42,988 bases of DNA from a virus. Its lineage: Duplodnaviria; Heunggongvirae; Uroviricota; Caudoviricetes. A program made the position numbers and the translations under genes. The notes beneath the pieces were generated by a model. It made no database searches. It was given only the letters and a program-made list of their open reading frames with translations, and was not told the DNA's origin. The stretch is from the IMG/VR virus record IMGVR_UViG_3300045988_149348. One strand, given 5' to 3'. This document shows, piece by piece, positions 1 to 9,489 of the stretch; positions within the stretch are counted from its first letter, which is position 1, and each line of letters starts with the position of its first letter.

Positions 1-35
1 TTTACCGTTTCCTGTAAACCGAGGTATTCGATAAC
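1..35. repeat. gix/hix-like invertase crossover site (left copy); inverted-repeat partner of 42954..42988
   Basis: Bases 1-25 are the exact reverse complement of 42964-42988. Bases 10-35 (TTCCTGTAAACCGAGGTATTCGATAA) resemble the 26-bp Gin/Hin-family sites as recalled. The site lies inside the 3' part of the tail-fibre reading frame. Confidence 0.7.
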
Positions 36-1382
36 GGCGGCAACGGTCGATTTCGCAAGAATATCCCGCCCGACTTTTGTCAGAGTTGCCAGGCTGGCGA
101 CATCATTCCCCGTAAAATACGGAAACTTGTCTGCCGCAGTAGTAAGCCCGGCCAGCGCCGTCAGGGTGGCATCTTTCGGTTGCTTACCCGCAAGCGCGTT
201 AGTCATGGTGGTCGCAAAATTCGGGTCGTTTCCCAGCGCCGCCGCTAACTCGTTCAGCGTATTCAGTGCGTCAGGTGACGAATCTACAAGGGCGGCAATC
301 GCAGCCATAACATAAGCCGTGCTTGCGATCTGAGTATTGTTAGTACCTTTTGGCGCAGTTGGTGTTGTTGGTGTTCCGGTCAGCGCCGGACTGTTCAGGG
401 GCGCTTTCTTGTTCGTTTCATCCATTACCACCTTTACAGCTTTCGATGTCGCGGCCAGTGTTTCAGACGTGCTGTTGGTGGCACTACTGAGCTGAGTTAT
501 TCCCCTTACAGTCAGTGAAGCTACAGGCACATTTGTTATCTGATCCCACGAATGCGTGTGATTGGACGGAGCCTTTCCGGCCGCAAGATCATACGCTGCC
601 TTAACAGCCTTTGGTGTTGCTGCCAGCGTTTCAGACGTGCTGTTGGTGGCACTACTGAGCTGAACAATCCCTTTTCGCGCTGTGGTAGCGTCCTGTGCGG
701 TGTATTTAGCATTAGCCAGGTTATATGCTGCCTTAACAGCCTTAGGCGTCGCAGCAAACGTTTCAGACGCGCTATTGGTGGCGCTGCTAAGTTGAACAAA
801 GCCTTTTGAGGTTAAAGTTGCATCAGGATGATTACGTGATTGCTCATGTTTCACAATGGCTTGCTTAAGCCGCTTTGCTGAAACAGCAAGGGAATCATCT
901 GTACCTGCATCAATTTCTTGTTCATTAGCAAATCTTGCCACCCCAACAACAGTTTCGGTCGCGGGAGGATTAATAAACTCAATATCACCAAATGTAATAT
1001 TTTTAGTATCAAGAGTTTTAATTGCTATATCACTTGATATTAAAGCGATAGTAGATGATGCTTTATTTATTATTGCTTGTTCTTGTGAGTATACAGCAAA
1101 CAACGTACCCTTATTCGTATACAATCCTATTGTATGGACAACATACTCATCTTTACTATCATCCTTCGCTGTTACATGAATTGTATCAGGGGAAACAACT
1201 TTGCCACCTATTGTGGTAAGTCGTTTTATTTCGTTTGTTATATTTGTTTGTGAAGTTGACGTGACATAATATCTACTACCTAAACCAACAGAAACAATCT
1301 CAACTTTATTTGTTCCTGTTTTGTTGGCATTAACCAGCTCCTGACGCCCGGCGTCAGTCATCGTAAATAATAATTTACTCAC
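1..1382 (-). CDS. tail fibre protein, partial (3' end runs off window start); P2 gpH/Mu S-like N-terminus followed by tandem fibre repeats
   Basis: Hand translation of the minus strand gives an uninterrupted frame from GTG 1382 (AAGGA Shine-Dalgarno 7 nt upstream; alternative ATG 1361) to position 1. The N-terminus has a GLYTNKGTLFAV motif like P2 gpH; three copies of GIVQLSSATNSTSETLAATPKAVKAAY follow. Not in the ORF track because no stop lies within the window. Confidence 0.75.
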   Translation of the reverse strand, partial: MSKLLFTMTDAGRQELVNANKTGTNKVEIVSVGLGSRYYVTSTSQTNITNEIKRLTTIGGKVVSPDTIHVTAKDDSKDEYVVHTIGLYTNKGTLFAVYSQEQAIINKASSTIALISSDIAIKTLDTKNITFGDIEFINPPATETVVGVARFANEQEIDAGTDDSLAVSAKRLKQAIVKHEQSRNHPDATLTSKGFVQLSSATNSASETFAATPKAVKAAYNLANAKYTAQDATTARKGIVQLSSATNSTSETLAATPKAVKAAYDLAAGKAPSNHTHSWDQITNVPVASLTVRGITQLSSATNSTSETLAATSKAVKVVMDETNKKAPLNSPALTGTPTTPTAPKGTNNTQIASTAYVMAAIAALVDSSPDALNTLNELAAALGNDPNFATTMTNALAGKQPKDATLTALAGLTTAADKFPYFTGNDVASLATLTKVGRDILAKSTVAAVIEYLGLQETV

Positions 1383-1412
1383 GCTTAATTCCTTGAATAA
1401 ACAAATTGCGAA

Positions 1413-1994
1413 TTAGCACTCGCCAATTAATCGTATATAAGACACAGGCTGACAAGCACCAACAATACCGACACCACCAGAAACATCGGCAGCTTGCGAA
1501 AATGTAAATAATGTTCTTGCCGACTTTGCGCTCTTGATACTTCTTAACGTATCTTCCAGCATCTCTTTCGAAGGAACGGCACCATCAAAAGAGTTAATCG
1601 AAGCAACAATTGAGGCCGTATATGGTTCGCCAGGTGGTGATGTTTCAAACCATTCTGTTATGTTTACCTCTCCACCCAAGCTATTTACTACATCTTCAAC
1701 CGCTGCCCTTGTACCCTTTATTCGCTTTGTTCGTATTATTGATTTAAAAACAGAACGCTTTAACGATACAGGCCAACTATCCCTCCATGTATCAGCATTC
1801 CATTGCCAAGCTAAATGATCGAGAACAACTGAGTCCAGGTTATCAACAACGCTATATATTTCTGTCTTATATATTAAATTGTTAATTGCTTGTAGTTCAT
1901 CATCAATAGCTTTCGACATAGCTATCACGTTGGGATCTCTAGCTAAGTTAGGAGGTAAAACATCCAACAAGCTAACATTAAAGATATCAGCCAT
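1413..1994 (-). CDS. baseplate protein, P2 gpI / Mu gp48-like
   Basis: 193 aa; the LAWQWNADTWRDSWP...NITEWFETSPPGEP pattern matches the recalled gpI family signature; sits between the J-like gene and the fibre gene. Confidence 0.6.
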   Translation of the reverse strand: MADIFNVSLLDVLPPNLARDPNVIAMSKAIDDELQAINNLIYKTEIYSVVDNLDSVVLDHLAWQWNADTWRDSWPVSLKRSVFKSIIRTKRIKGTRAAVEDVVNSLGGEVNITEWFETSPPGEPYTASIVASINSFDGAVPSKEMLEDTLRSIKSAKSARTLFTFSQAADVSGGVGIVGACQPVSYIRLIGEC

Positions 1995-3111
1995 CCTCTA
2001 ACCCCGCATACTGGCAATTTATATTTCTCTCTCTGGCGACCTGCGTCTCTCCAACTACAGTAAATACAGGACTTGATATTTCTAATCTTTTAGCCCCGGC
2101 ATTTTTTAAACGTTGAATAATTTCATCTGGATTTATATCTCTTCCCATAACCGAACGTTGCCATTGTTTATACTCATCAAGAGCTTTCTCAACCTCACTT
2201 TGAATTAACGTTGTTCTGTTTTTGTCCGATGAGTTAATCCAGTATTTAATTATTATATCGTATTCAATGCTCTCTGGTTTCTTAACAAGAACTTTATCTG
2301 TGAATGGTCGAATATTAGTTGCAGAGAGAACGCTATTTATCTGCTCTAATAGTTCATCAGAAGGTATATCCCCGTTCTCTAACAAAGAACGGATTTCTAC
2401 AGTTCCGGGCGATGGTGTATATACATTCACATCTTTTATATTCTGATTGGCTGTTCTTGTCCAATATTTATAAGAATCCTCCGGCCCTGCTGTAGACAGT
2501 TTTTCCGGCGACAGTTTTATTCTTTCAGCATAATTATCATCTGACTCTGTATCAGCACCAGAATTAGATGTTGTTAGATTCCTTACGCTGGAAACATACG
2601 GCAACGGAGTCACCAACTCGTTTATTTGCCCAGGTAAAAATCCATTCCCCGATAAGCCAGGTATAACAGCATATCCTGAGACTGTACCAACTGTTTTCCC
2701 AGCTGGTATTTCCAACAAAACATCTGTTTGGAAAATAACACTATTTCCAGTTGAAATTTGAGTGCCAGCAGGTATTGTATATATCCCCGATAATTTTGTT
2801 GACAGATTAAACTCAAATGTAGTCAAGGCAGATTGAGCTTCCAGCCTAGGCGTATCCGTCAGATAGCCTATATGGTCGAGATATTCCCCCCCACCATATG
2901 TAAGAAGGTTTTGTTTTGCAGAAAAATCGATAGCTTTTCTTTGCTGTATAATAATCTCACACAATGACAAGATGAATAATCTACGTGGATCAGCAGGTGC
3001 TAATGTTTCACCTGTTATACTCTCAAAAGCCCTGATTGAACGAGTTGTTATATCAGTCGGGTTAGAATCTGCGAAAGTAATATCTGGCAAACCACCGCGC
3101 GGCAACGTCAT
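1987..3111 (-). CDS. baseplate J-like protein
   Basis: 374 aa, position between the W-like and I-like genes; overlapping start/stop typical of a baseplate operon. Confidence 0.55.
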   Translation of the reverse strand: MTLPRGGLPDITFADSNPTDITTRSIRAFESITGETLAPADPRRLFILSLCEIIIQQRKAIDFSAKQNLLTYGGGEYLDHIGYLTDTPRLEAQSALTTFEFNLSTKLSGIYTIPAGTQISTGNSVIFQTDVLLEIPAGKTVGTVSGYAVIPGLSGNGFLPGQINELVTPLPYVSSVRNLTTSNSGADTESDDNYAERIKLSPEKLSTAGPEDSYKYWTRTANQNIKDVNVYTPSPGTVEIRSLLENGDIPSDELLEQINSVLSATNIRPFTDKVLVKKPESIEYDIIIKYWINSSDKNRTTLIQSEVEKALDEYKQWQRSVMGRDINPDEIIQRLKNAGAKRLEISSPVFTVVGETQVARERNINCQYAGLEDG

Positions 3112-3428
3112 TCTCTAACTCCTATCACAAGTTTTGGCCTAATAAAACCATCAGAAACGTCCGTTCTTTCAAAAGTAACAGAATGGATAATCGCTCTAGG
3201 CTCAAACTCACTAATTTTTTGAATTATTTCTCGTGTTGCTGTAGCAATAAAAATTGGGCTGGGGCTATCAACAAGACTTGAATTAACTCCTAATTTTCTG
3301 GCATATGGTACAGTGCCAATCTGAGTATTAATAATAGTAGAGACATTTTGCAAAACTTCTTCTACAACTGTTTTGGGCGACCAATCAATCGAGTAAGAAG
3401 GTGATGATATGGTAAACGTATTATTCAT
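3108..3428 (-). CDS. baseplate wedge protein, GPW/gp25-like
   Basis: 106 aa, size and position as in P2 gpW / Mu gp46; coupled overlaps with both neighbours. Confidence 0.55.
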   Translation of the reverse strand: MNNTFTISSPSYSIDWSPKTVVEEVLQNVSTIINTQIGTVPYARKLGVNSSLVDSPSPIFIATATREIIQKISEFEPRAIIHSVTFERTDVSDGFIRPKLVIGVRE

Positions 3429-3892
3429 AATAATTTACCTAACGCACTTCTAGTTTTTGACTCTATATTGCCAGCAATATCAACTAATGCTTCTTTCAGA
3501 GAGGTCTGTCCGACTTCCTGTAATTTAATGCCGACGATAATCACTCGTGGATTCCCAGTTGGACCGAAATAAGTCCATGATTCCTCTATATCTGTAATTA
3601 TAAAATTACCAAAATACTGAATACCAATTACAACAGGATTTACTTCCTGAATTGATTGCATTGTCCTAAGTAATGAAAGCGCAGCCAATGGAACAATGCC
3701 AAGTGTTGTATCCAACCGCATATTAAAACTAACTTCATCCAGATCTGGACCTATATCCTCCAGAACAGGTTTAAGCCCAATAACATCATGGCGCGCTACA
3801 CGACGCTTTGACGTCCTTTTAAAATTGTTGAACGTATTCACCACTATTGATGAGGCAACAAAAGGCATTGTACCAAGCATACCCACAATCAT
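3425..3892 (-). CDS. tail/baseplate-associated protein, unassigned
   Basis: 155-aa ORF tightly coupled between the V-like and W-like baseplate genes. Confidence 0.4.
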   Translation of the reverse strand: MIVGMLGTMPFVASSIVVNTFNNFKRTSKRRVARHDVIGLKPVLEDIGPDLDEVSFNMRLDTTLGIVPLAALSLLRTMQSIQEVNPVVIGIQYFGNFIITDIEESWTYFGPTGNPRVIIVGIKLQEVGQTSLKEALVDIAGNIESKTRSALGKLL

Positions 3893-4509
3893 GCCTGAGC
3901 CTCCGTTGTCGGAGCGTATTCCCCCTGAGCTGTGTGATGGTGGCCTTTAGATTTAATCCCATCAACATCTATATCACCACCAACAACCTTAACATCCCCA
4001 GAAATTGTAGCTGCAACACCTCCAGCAGAAGATCCTTTCATTCCACCTTTGAAGGTTAGTAATCCTTCAACTGTAGCATTTCCGGTAATGATGGTTTCTG
4101 GAGCATCAATAGTTACGGTTCCTGTAGCCTTAACGGTTACATCTCCGACAGCATCAACAAGGAGTAAATTAGATTCTCTGTCTACCTCAATACGAGTTCC
4201 GTTATTAAATCTAATGACGCGTTTATTAACAGTATTAGATGGCGGCTTCTGTGTTTCATCATAAAAACTACCAAGAATAAAACCTTGTTGCGGCCCTGCG
4301 GGATGAAAGATACACAAAACTTGCTCACCAATATCTGGCATCCAGTAATCAGCATTCTTATCCGTATTTTTCACAATAACTGATAACTTTGCCGAAGTGA
4401 CGTTATCCTGATCATCGAAAGTAACTCTTGCTGTAACATCACCATCATCAATATCAGAAACAACGCCAACTCTTATAGTCTGACGTAATAATGTTTCTAA
4501 ATCATTCAT
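3889..4509 (-). CDS. baseplate assembly/spike protein V-like
   Basis: 206 aa; the WMPDIGEQVLCIFHPAGPQQGFILGSF motif matches the recalled Phage_base_V pattern. Confidence 0.65.
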   Translation of the reverse strand: MNDLETLLRQTIRVGVVSDIDDGDVTARVTFDDQDNVTSAKLSVIVKNTDKNADYWMPDIGEQVLCIFHPAGPQQGFILGSFYDETQKPPSNTVNKRVIRFNNGTRIEVDRESNLLLVDAVGDVTVKATGTVTIDAPETIITGNATVEGLLTFKGGMKGSSAGGVAATISGDVKVVGGDIDVDGIKSKGHHHTAQGEYAPTTEAQA

Positions 4510-4511
4510 AA

Positions 4512-5513
4512 TTAATACCCATTAATTACTCTTCGGACATCAATCGAGGTGGTATAACCACTAGCCCCAATTGAATGCACAGCTTTCGATATAAGATATT
4601 TTCCAGAAAATGAACCGAATCCGTCCAGATTTATAGTTACACCAGCTACCAATCTGGTGTCTCCAACCAATACTAAAGATCCTGTATTTTGATATCTATT
4701 TTTAAGCCGCAAAGCAGCCTTTGCCTTACGTTTTGCTTCATCTAAATTAGCTACCAGTTTTCTTATCTTAAGATTCGACCCTTCTTCTACGGATGGATCT
4801 ACCCAAGTATACGAAAGCGACTTTCTTTTTTTAGGTACGCGATATTTGCACGTGCAACTTTTATACAAATCTGTAGATTGTGTGCTAAAGCTATATCTGA
4901 TTATCTCATCAATACCTAACGTAAGCGTAGCGATAGGATCTTTTTGCTCAAACATCTCTTGAGCAAATATTATTAATTGGCTATCAGTGACCTTTAACGA
5001 CAACCCTTCATCCTGGCAAAGTCGATGGAGAAATTTTAAATCGCTTTCCTCCATTTGATCTTCACGCGCATAATATGGATTACTATCACCATCAATAAGA
5101 AACAACAGTTCAAGGTTAGCTAATTTAGCTATAGAGGTTGCTATATCTTTAAGAGTTGTTTTTTCCCATGCATTACTTTTTAAATCACGTCTAATGCCTG
5201 ATGAAACAGGAACAGAAACAGCAGTCACCTCAACAACAGAAGGTGGTCCAGAGCAAGTTATGCCATCTACCTGGAATTTCCCGCACTCAAGGACGATTTG
5301 ATTTATAGGCTTAAAGCTCAAATCAATAAAATCACCCTTTTTAGGTGTCCAGTCTCCAGACCATTTCCCATCATCATTTTTTAATATAATAGAAATATCA
5401 TCGACCTGACCATCTTCATTATCTGTATAAGACATTGACAAAACATCAGGTGACATATGAGCGGTAATATTTACATTCTGATATATAACATCAAAAAGCG
5501 TTTTACGTAACAC
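4512..5513 (-). CDS. tail protein D-like (late control D / baseplate hub)
   Basis: 333 aa directly downstream of the LysM-like X gene and tape measure; C-terminal G..YTTSIDV pattern as in the GPD family. Confidence 0.55.
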   Translation of the reverse strand: MLRKTLFDVIYQNVNITAHMSPDVLSMSYTDNEDGQVDDISIILKNDDGKWSGDWTPKKGDFIDLSFKPINQIVLECGKFQVDGITCSGPPSVVEVTAVSVPVSSGIRRDLKSNAWEKTTLKDIATSIAKLANLELLFLIDGDSNPYYAREDQMEESDLKFLHRLCQDEGLSLKVTDSQLIIFAQEMFEQKDPIATLTLGIDEIIRYSFSTQSTDLYKSCTCKYRVPKKRKSLSYTWVDPSVEEGSNLKIRKLVANLDEAKRKAKAALRLKNRYQNTGSLVLVGDTRLVAGVTINLDGFGSFSGKYLISKAVHSIGASGYTTSIDVRRVINGY

Positions 5514-5721
5514 TATTGCGTCTCCACGGAGGCAAATTGTTTACTGATATTGGCATAACCGGAGCATCAGGAACTTTAAGAATAATTCCCGCAGAAAAAA
5601 GCACCGTAAAGCGGTGCTCCGTATTAGCATCAATAAGAAGATAAGACAGGTACTCATTACCGTACAACTTTAACGCGATACTATCCCATGAGTCCCCTTG
5701 AACCGTTCTATAATCATCCAA
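5503..5721 (-). CDS. LysM-like tail protein X
   Basis: 72 aa; the TVQGDSWDSIALKLYG...ILKVPD pattern is LysM-like, as in P2 gpX. Confidence 0.55.
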   Translation of the reverse strand: MDDYRTVQGDSWDSIALKLYGNEYLSYLLIDANTEHRFTVLFSAGIILKVPDAPVMPISVNNLPPWRRNSVT

Positions 5722-8506
5722 AACTTAATCTCCGTTGTTGGAACATATGAGCACTCAATTTCTTCTCAAAATCAGAATATCCCGCATCTAATGCTCTTTT
5801 AGCTGCCGCCTCAGTTTCCTTTGGTGAACCAGCCGGAAGATTGATTACAGGTGAATAGGTTATTCCACCAGTCACAGCATTAACGTTCTGGCGAGGTCCA
5901 GAAGTCCCGGCGGCAGATATCCCGTGAGGTGATAAATTTGATTGCCCGAACTTGGTTGCTATTGCATTCTGTAAGCTGTTATTCCTGCTAACGCCTGATG
6001 CCAGAGTAGTCATTATTGCACCACCTGACTTTGTTAGCTGTGAGAATGGACCTTTTTTCGCGTCAGAGAACGGTAAATACTCACGTACAGAAGAAAAAAC
6101 GCCTTTCACTTCATTAATTAAAGCATTTGCTTTTGATTTTATCCCAGTGATTAACGTCTCAATTATTTTTGCGCCTGACTCACTCCAGTTTATTCCAGAC
6201 AAATAAGCCGTTACAGATTGGAATGCTCTTATAAAGAGTCCAACTGGTGAAAAACGCATAAAAAAAGATACCAGTGTATCTATGATTTTCTTTCCTGTTT
6301 CGCTCCAGTTAATACCAGAAAGGTAATTTGTTGTAAGTTTAAATGCTTTAATTAAGAACGGAAGCGGAGACATCCATTTAAAAGCACTAATTAATGTACT
6401 GTAAATTCTTACTCCTGCCGAACTCCAGTTTATGTTGGAAAGATAATCCCATGCTTTACCAAACATAGATATAATCCATCCATTGAGATCAAAGTTTAAG
6501 ATAAAGTTTTTTATAGCTTCAAACGATTTAACTGTATATTCCTTAACAGAAGGCCAAACTCTGACAGCATAATCTCTGATCTTATCCCAGTTCTGATAGA
6601 GCAATATTCCTGCGGCAACCAGCGCAGATATAGCCATCTGAATCCACCCGAAGGGTGTTAGCTTTGTCGCTACAGATAAAGCCAGCATAGCTACCCTACA
6701 CGCTATAACCACACTTTTCATGGTTAGAAACGCACCTGCCGCCATCACAATCTGAGACACAAAATTGGGGTTGTTAGCTACAAATTCACTAATTTTTGTA
6801 ATCAGAGGAACCAAAACACTAAGCGCGGCATTCAAAGCAGGTTGCAAGGCCTGACCAAAACTTAATGATGCATTGCTAGCCTGAATACGTAATTGTTTCA
6901 ATCGCTCCGCATTGTCTTTCGTTATGTTGGCAAAATCGCGGTCAATAACAGCACTTCCAGCACCAAGAGATGTTGCTTTGATTCTCTGGTATTCCTTCCA
7001 GTTTTGAATCATCGGACGAACAAAGTTCTGAACCTGCATATCGCCAAATAGCTCACCAAGTAACTTCTGATCTCCGTTCTTAGTCATTTTCATGACAGAA
7101 TGCATTGCAGCTTCGAATGGATTCTTCCCTTTTTTCTGCGCTGTTGTGACAATTTTATATAAATCTACACCGAAATTTTTCTTTGCTTTTTTTAGTGTTT
7201 CAGGGGAAAGTATTTTCGCCAAAAAGTTGTTCATATTATTAGCAGCCTCATCCGAAGTTGCAGCACCTTTGCGAGCTATCTGCAAAGCTGCCCCCATCGT
7301 CGCGGCGGCTTCTTTACCTCCCATTTTTAATGCCTGGAACTGGGCACCAAGCACAGGAAGATTTTTGGCCATATCTTTAAATTCAAAGTTTCCCTCTTTC
7401 CCTGCCTGAACCAGAATCCCCATTGCAGACTTCATTTGAGATGGATCAATCTTCAATGAGTCACTTAATGTAAATGATGCTTTCGAGACATCGAGGATAT
7501 CAGAGCCAGTAGCTGTAGCTGTTCGCCCAATAGTTAGTAGATTCGCCTGAGCCTCTTTATAATCCTGCCCAGCAGCGACGAGAAAACCCTGAGCAGCCTG
7601 AATATCAGATGCAAACTGGTTGGTAGCCGTTCCGGTAACAAGCATCGCCTGCCCCATCGCCTGAACTTCTTCCGGCTTCATATCTGCCGTAAGACCAATC
7701 ATTTTGTTTTCACGATTGAAATTTGCTGCATTGTTAGCAGCAGCAAATGCACCAGCCGCTACAGCACCAGTTTGTAATCCTGACCTTACAAGTTGACTCT
7801 TTGCCTCACCAAGATGCTCTCGCTTCAATTCACGCTGCCTTTCCAGAGCGCGGTTTAACTCCTCCTGAGCACGTTTTACTGCAAGAACATTTTTCCGTGC
7901 ATCAGCCAACGCATTTTTATAGCTGTTAATTTTATCAATACGTTGTTTTTCTAATGCCCGGTTAAGTTCCTCCTGCTGTTTTTTCACTTGCTGAACATTT
8001 GCTCTGGCTAAAGCCAAAGCCGTTCTGTAGCGGTTAACCTGCTCAACGCTACGGACCTGAGCCTCACGATTACGATCAATGCTGGCTTTAAGCTCTTTCT
8101 CTCTTGAGGCCAAAGCTCTGGCAGATGTATCAGCTCCCTGATAGGCAGACTTTAAAGCGGCCAGTTCTTCACGCTGAGAACGTAGTGATGCTCGTAAATT
8201 CGATGAATGTGTTTTTGCCTTCTCAAAGTCACGAAGCATCGCTCTGGTTGGATTGGCCGTGTTTTTTATTTGCTTCTGTAACTCTTCAACGCGAGCGGCA
8301 GCTTTATGATATTCGAGGGCAGTCTGTCCAACCTTTACTTTTACAGATTGTAGCTTTTGAATTTCCCCATGTTCTTTCGTTAATCCAGCAAGCTCGGCAT
8401 TTAATTTAGCAACAGCCTGATTAGCTGTAGTAAAACTTTTGGGGAGAGAGGCGGCAACTTTGCCACCAATTTCAAAAGCCAGCTTAAAGTTCTTATTGCT
8501 GGCCAT
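5714..8506 (-). CDS. tail tape measure protein
   Basis: 930 aa; coiled-coil N-terminal half with repeated QEELNRALE(K/R)QR units, hydrophobic central segment, three tandem ~35-aa YLSGINWSE.G.KII repeats; located between the chaperone genes and baseplate genes. Confidence 0.85.
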   Translation of the reverse strand: MASNKNFKLAFEIGGKVAASLPKSFTTANQAVAKLNAELAGLTKEHGEIQKLQSVKVKVGQTALEYHKAAARVEELQKQIKNTANPTRAMLRDFEKAKTHSSNLRASLRSQREELAALKSAYQGADTSARALASREKELKASIDRNREAQVRSVEQVNRYRTALALARANVQQVKKQQEELNRALEKQRIDKINSYKNALADARKNVLAVKRAQEELNRALERQRELKREHLGEAKSQLVRSGLQTGAVAAGAFAAANNAANFNRENKMIGLTADMKPEEVQAMGQAMLVTGTATNQFASDIQAAQGFLVAAGQDYKEAQANLLTIGRTATATGSDILDVSKASFTLSDSLKIDPSQMKSAMGILVQAGKEGNFEFKDMAKNLPVLGAQFQALKMGGKEAAATMGAALQIARKGAATSDEAANNMNNFLAKILSPETLKKAKKNFGVDLYKIVTTAQKKGKNPFEAAMHSVMKMTKNGDQKLLGELFGDMQVQNFVRPMIQNWKEYQRIKATSLGAGSAVIDRDFANITKDNAERLKQLRIQASNASLSFGQALQPALNAALSVLVPLITKISEFVANNPNFVSQIVMAAGAFLTMKSVVIACRVAMLALSVATKLTPFGWIQMAISALVAAGILLYQNWDKIRDYAVRVWPSVKEYTVKSFEAIKNFILNFDLNGWIISMFGKAWDYLSNINWSSAGVRIYSTLISAFKWMSPLPFLIKAFKLTTNYLSGINWSETGKKIIDTLVSFFMRFSPVGLFIRAFQSVTAYLSGINWSESGAKIIETLITGIKSKANALINEVKGVFSSVREYLPFSDAKKGPFSQLTKSGGAIMTTLASGVSRNNSLQNAIATKFGQSNLSPHGISAAGTSGPRQNVNAVTGGITYSPVINLPAGSPKETEAAAKRALDAGYSDFEKKLSAHMFQQRRLSFG

Positions 8507-8511
8507 TAGTA

Positions 8512-8694
8512 TTAATCCTCATTAAACACATCAATCCATGCGACGATTCGCCTCAACCGAAGCGAAAGCCAGTAGGATATAGGTGTTGATTGAGATGATT
8601 GAGATAGAGAACTCGCGGCCCTCATTATTTGCTTATCAATAGGTTTTTGCTCATCAAAACCTACGAGAGCAAAAAATTCTGTACCTTTTGACAA
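8512..8694 (-). CDS. tail assembly chaperone frameshift extension (E'/GT-like)
   Basis: -1 frame ORF overlapping the end of 8661..8942; the slippery heptamer T_TTT_TTG (minus strand, 8666..8660) would join the two frames. Confidence 0.45.
   Translation of the reverse strand: MSKGTEFFALVGFDEQKPIDKQIMRAASSLSQSSQSTPISYWLSLRLRRIVAWIDVFNED
8660..8666 (-). other. candidate programmed -1 ribosomal frameshift site (U UUU UUG)
   Basis: Heptamer in the zero frame of the chaperone gene, just before its stop; shifted reading continues as FFALVGFDEQKP, the 8512..8694 frame. Confidence 0.4.
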
Positions 8695-8942
8695 ACTTTA
8701 ACAAAGTCTTTCGCTGGCAATCCATTCAGATACTCTATTGGACGGCCAATACAGCGAGCAGCCAAGGCTGCATGGACTTTATTATCAAGTGATGTTTGAA
8801 CTGAAACATGCCCTTGAGATTGCAGTAAGTCCGATACCTCTAAAATATCACTGCCTTTTAGGTTGTCTAAATCAAGGTTGAGTTCAGTCACCGGCTCAAA
8901 GTCTTCAAAACGATATTCTTTACTTAATTTAACGGTTTCCAT
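8661..8942 (-). CDS. tail assembly chaperone (gpE/G-like)
   Basis: 93-aa ORF between tube and tape measure; its 3' end is overlapped by a -1 frame ORF. Confidence 0.55.
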   Translation of the reverse strand: METVKLSKEYRFEDFEPVTELNLDLDNLKGSDILEVSDLLQSQGHVSVQTSLDNKVHAALAARCIGRPIEYLNGLPAKDFVKVCQKVQNFLLS

Positions 8943-8951
8943 TTTGTCACC

Positions 8952-9473
8952 TTATAAACCTAAATCATCACGAACGCTTTTTAATATATCTTCACCATCA
9001 AAGATACAAATAAAGTTCAACTTATCAATTTCCAAGACTTCTTTTCCATCAATAAATAATTTGATATAGAGAACTTCAAATTCATTCTCTGAATCAGTAG
9101 CCTTTGCCACCTGTAGCGAACCTAAATCCAGTTTCTTAGGGTTTAGCTTCATTGAAGCCCGAATAGGAACCGTTTTATATTTTCCTGTTCCTGCATCATA
9201 AACCTGCTGGCTACCGCGAAAATCTACCTGATGCGATGAGGATAGAAATAATTTTGTACCAGCAGAGGTCAGAGTTCGCCATTTAAGAGAGACAGTCATT
9301 GGTTTGAAATGCCCCAGCGTTCCGCTCTCAAGCTCTCCAGCGATACCTGCACCACTAACAGTTTCTGTCATCATCTCAATTGATGGCAGCTTTGCGTCAG
9401 CAACACCGATAATACGGTTTCCCTCACCGTATACTGTAAAGTTAATAAGTCTCTCAGGAATTTGATTGCTCAA
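8952..9473 (-). CDS. tail tube protein
   Basis: 173 aa immediately downstream of the sheath gene, order as in P2 FI-FII / Mu L-M. Confidence 0.6.
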   Translation of the reverse strand: MSNQIPERLINFTVYGEGNRIIGVADAKLPSIEMMTETVSGAGIAGELESGTLGHFKPMTVSLKWRTLTSAGTKLFLSSSHQVDFRGSQQVYDAGTGKYKTVPIRASMKLNPKKLDLGSLQVAKATDSENEFEVLYIKLFIDGKEVLEIDKLNFICIFDGEDILKSVRDDLGL

Positions 9474-9489
9474 AGCAACCTCCTATTAT

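Noticed and set aside
127-1179. Plus-strand ORFs 127..315, 552..809, 856..1179 and minus ORF 536..799
   Set aside because: They lie inside and antisense to (or out of frame with) the continuous tail-fibre reading frame; repeat-derived, no ribosome-binding sites.
5952-8409. Plus-strand ORFs inside the tape measure gene (5952..6206, 7092..7409, 7747..7929, 8104..8409)
   Set aside because: Antisense to a long, well-supported coding frame; typical shadow ORFs.
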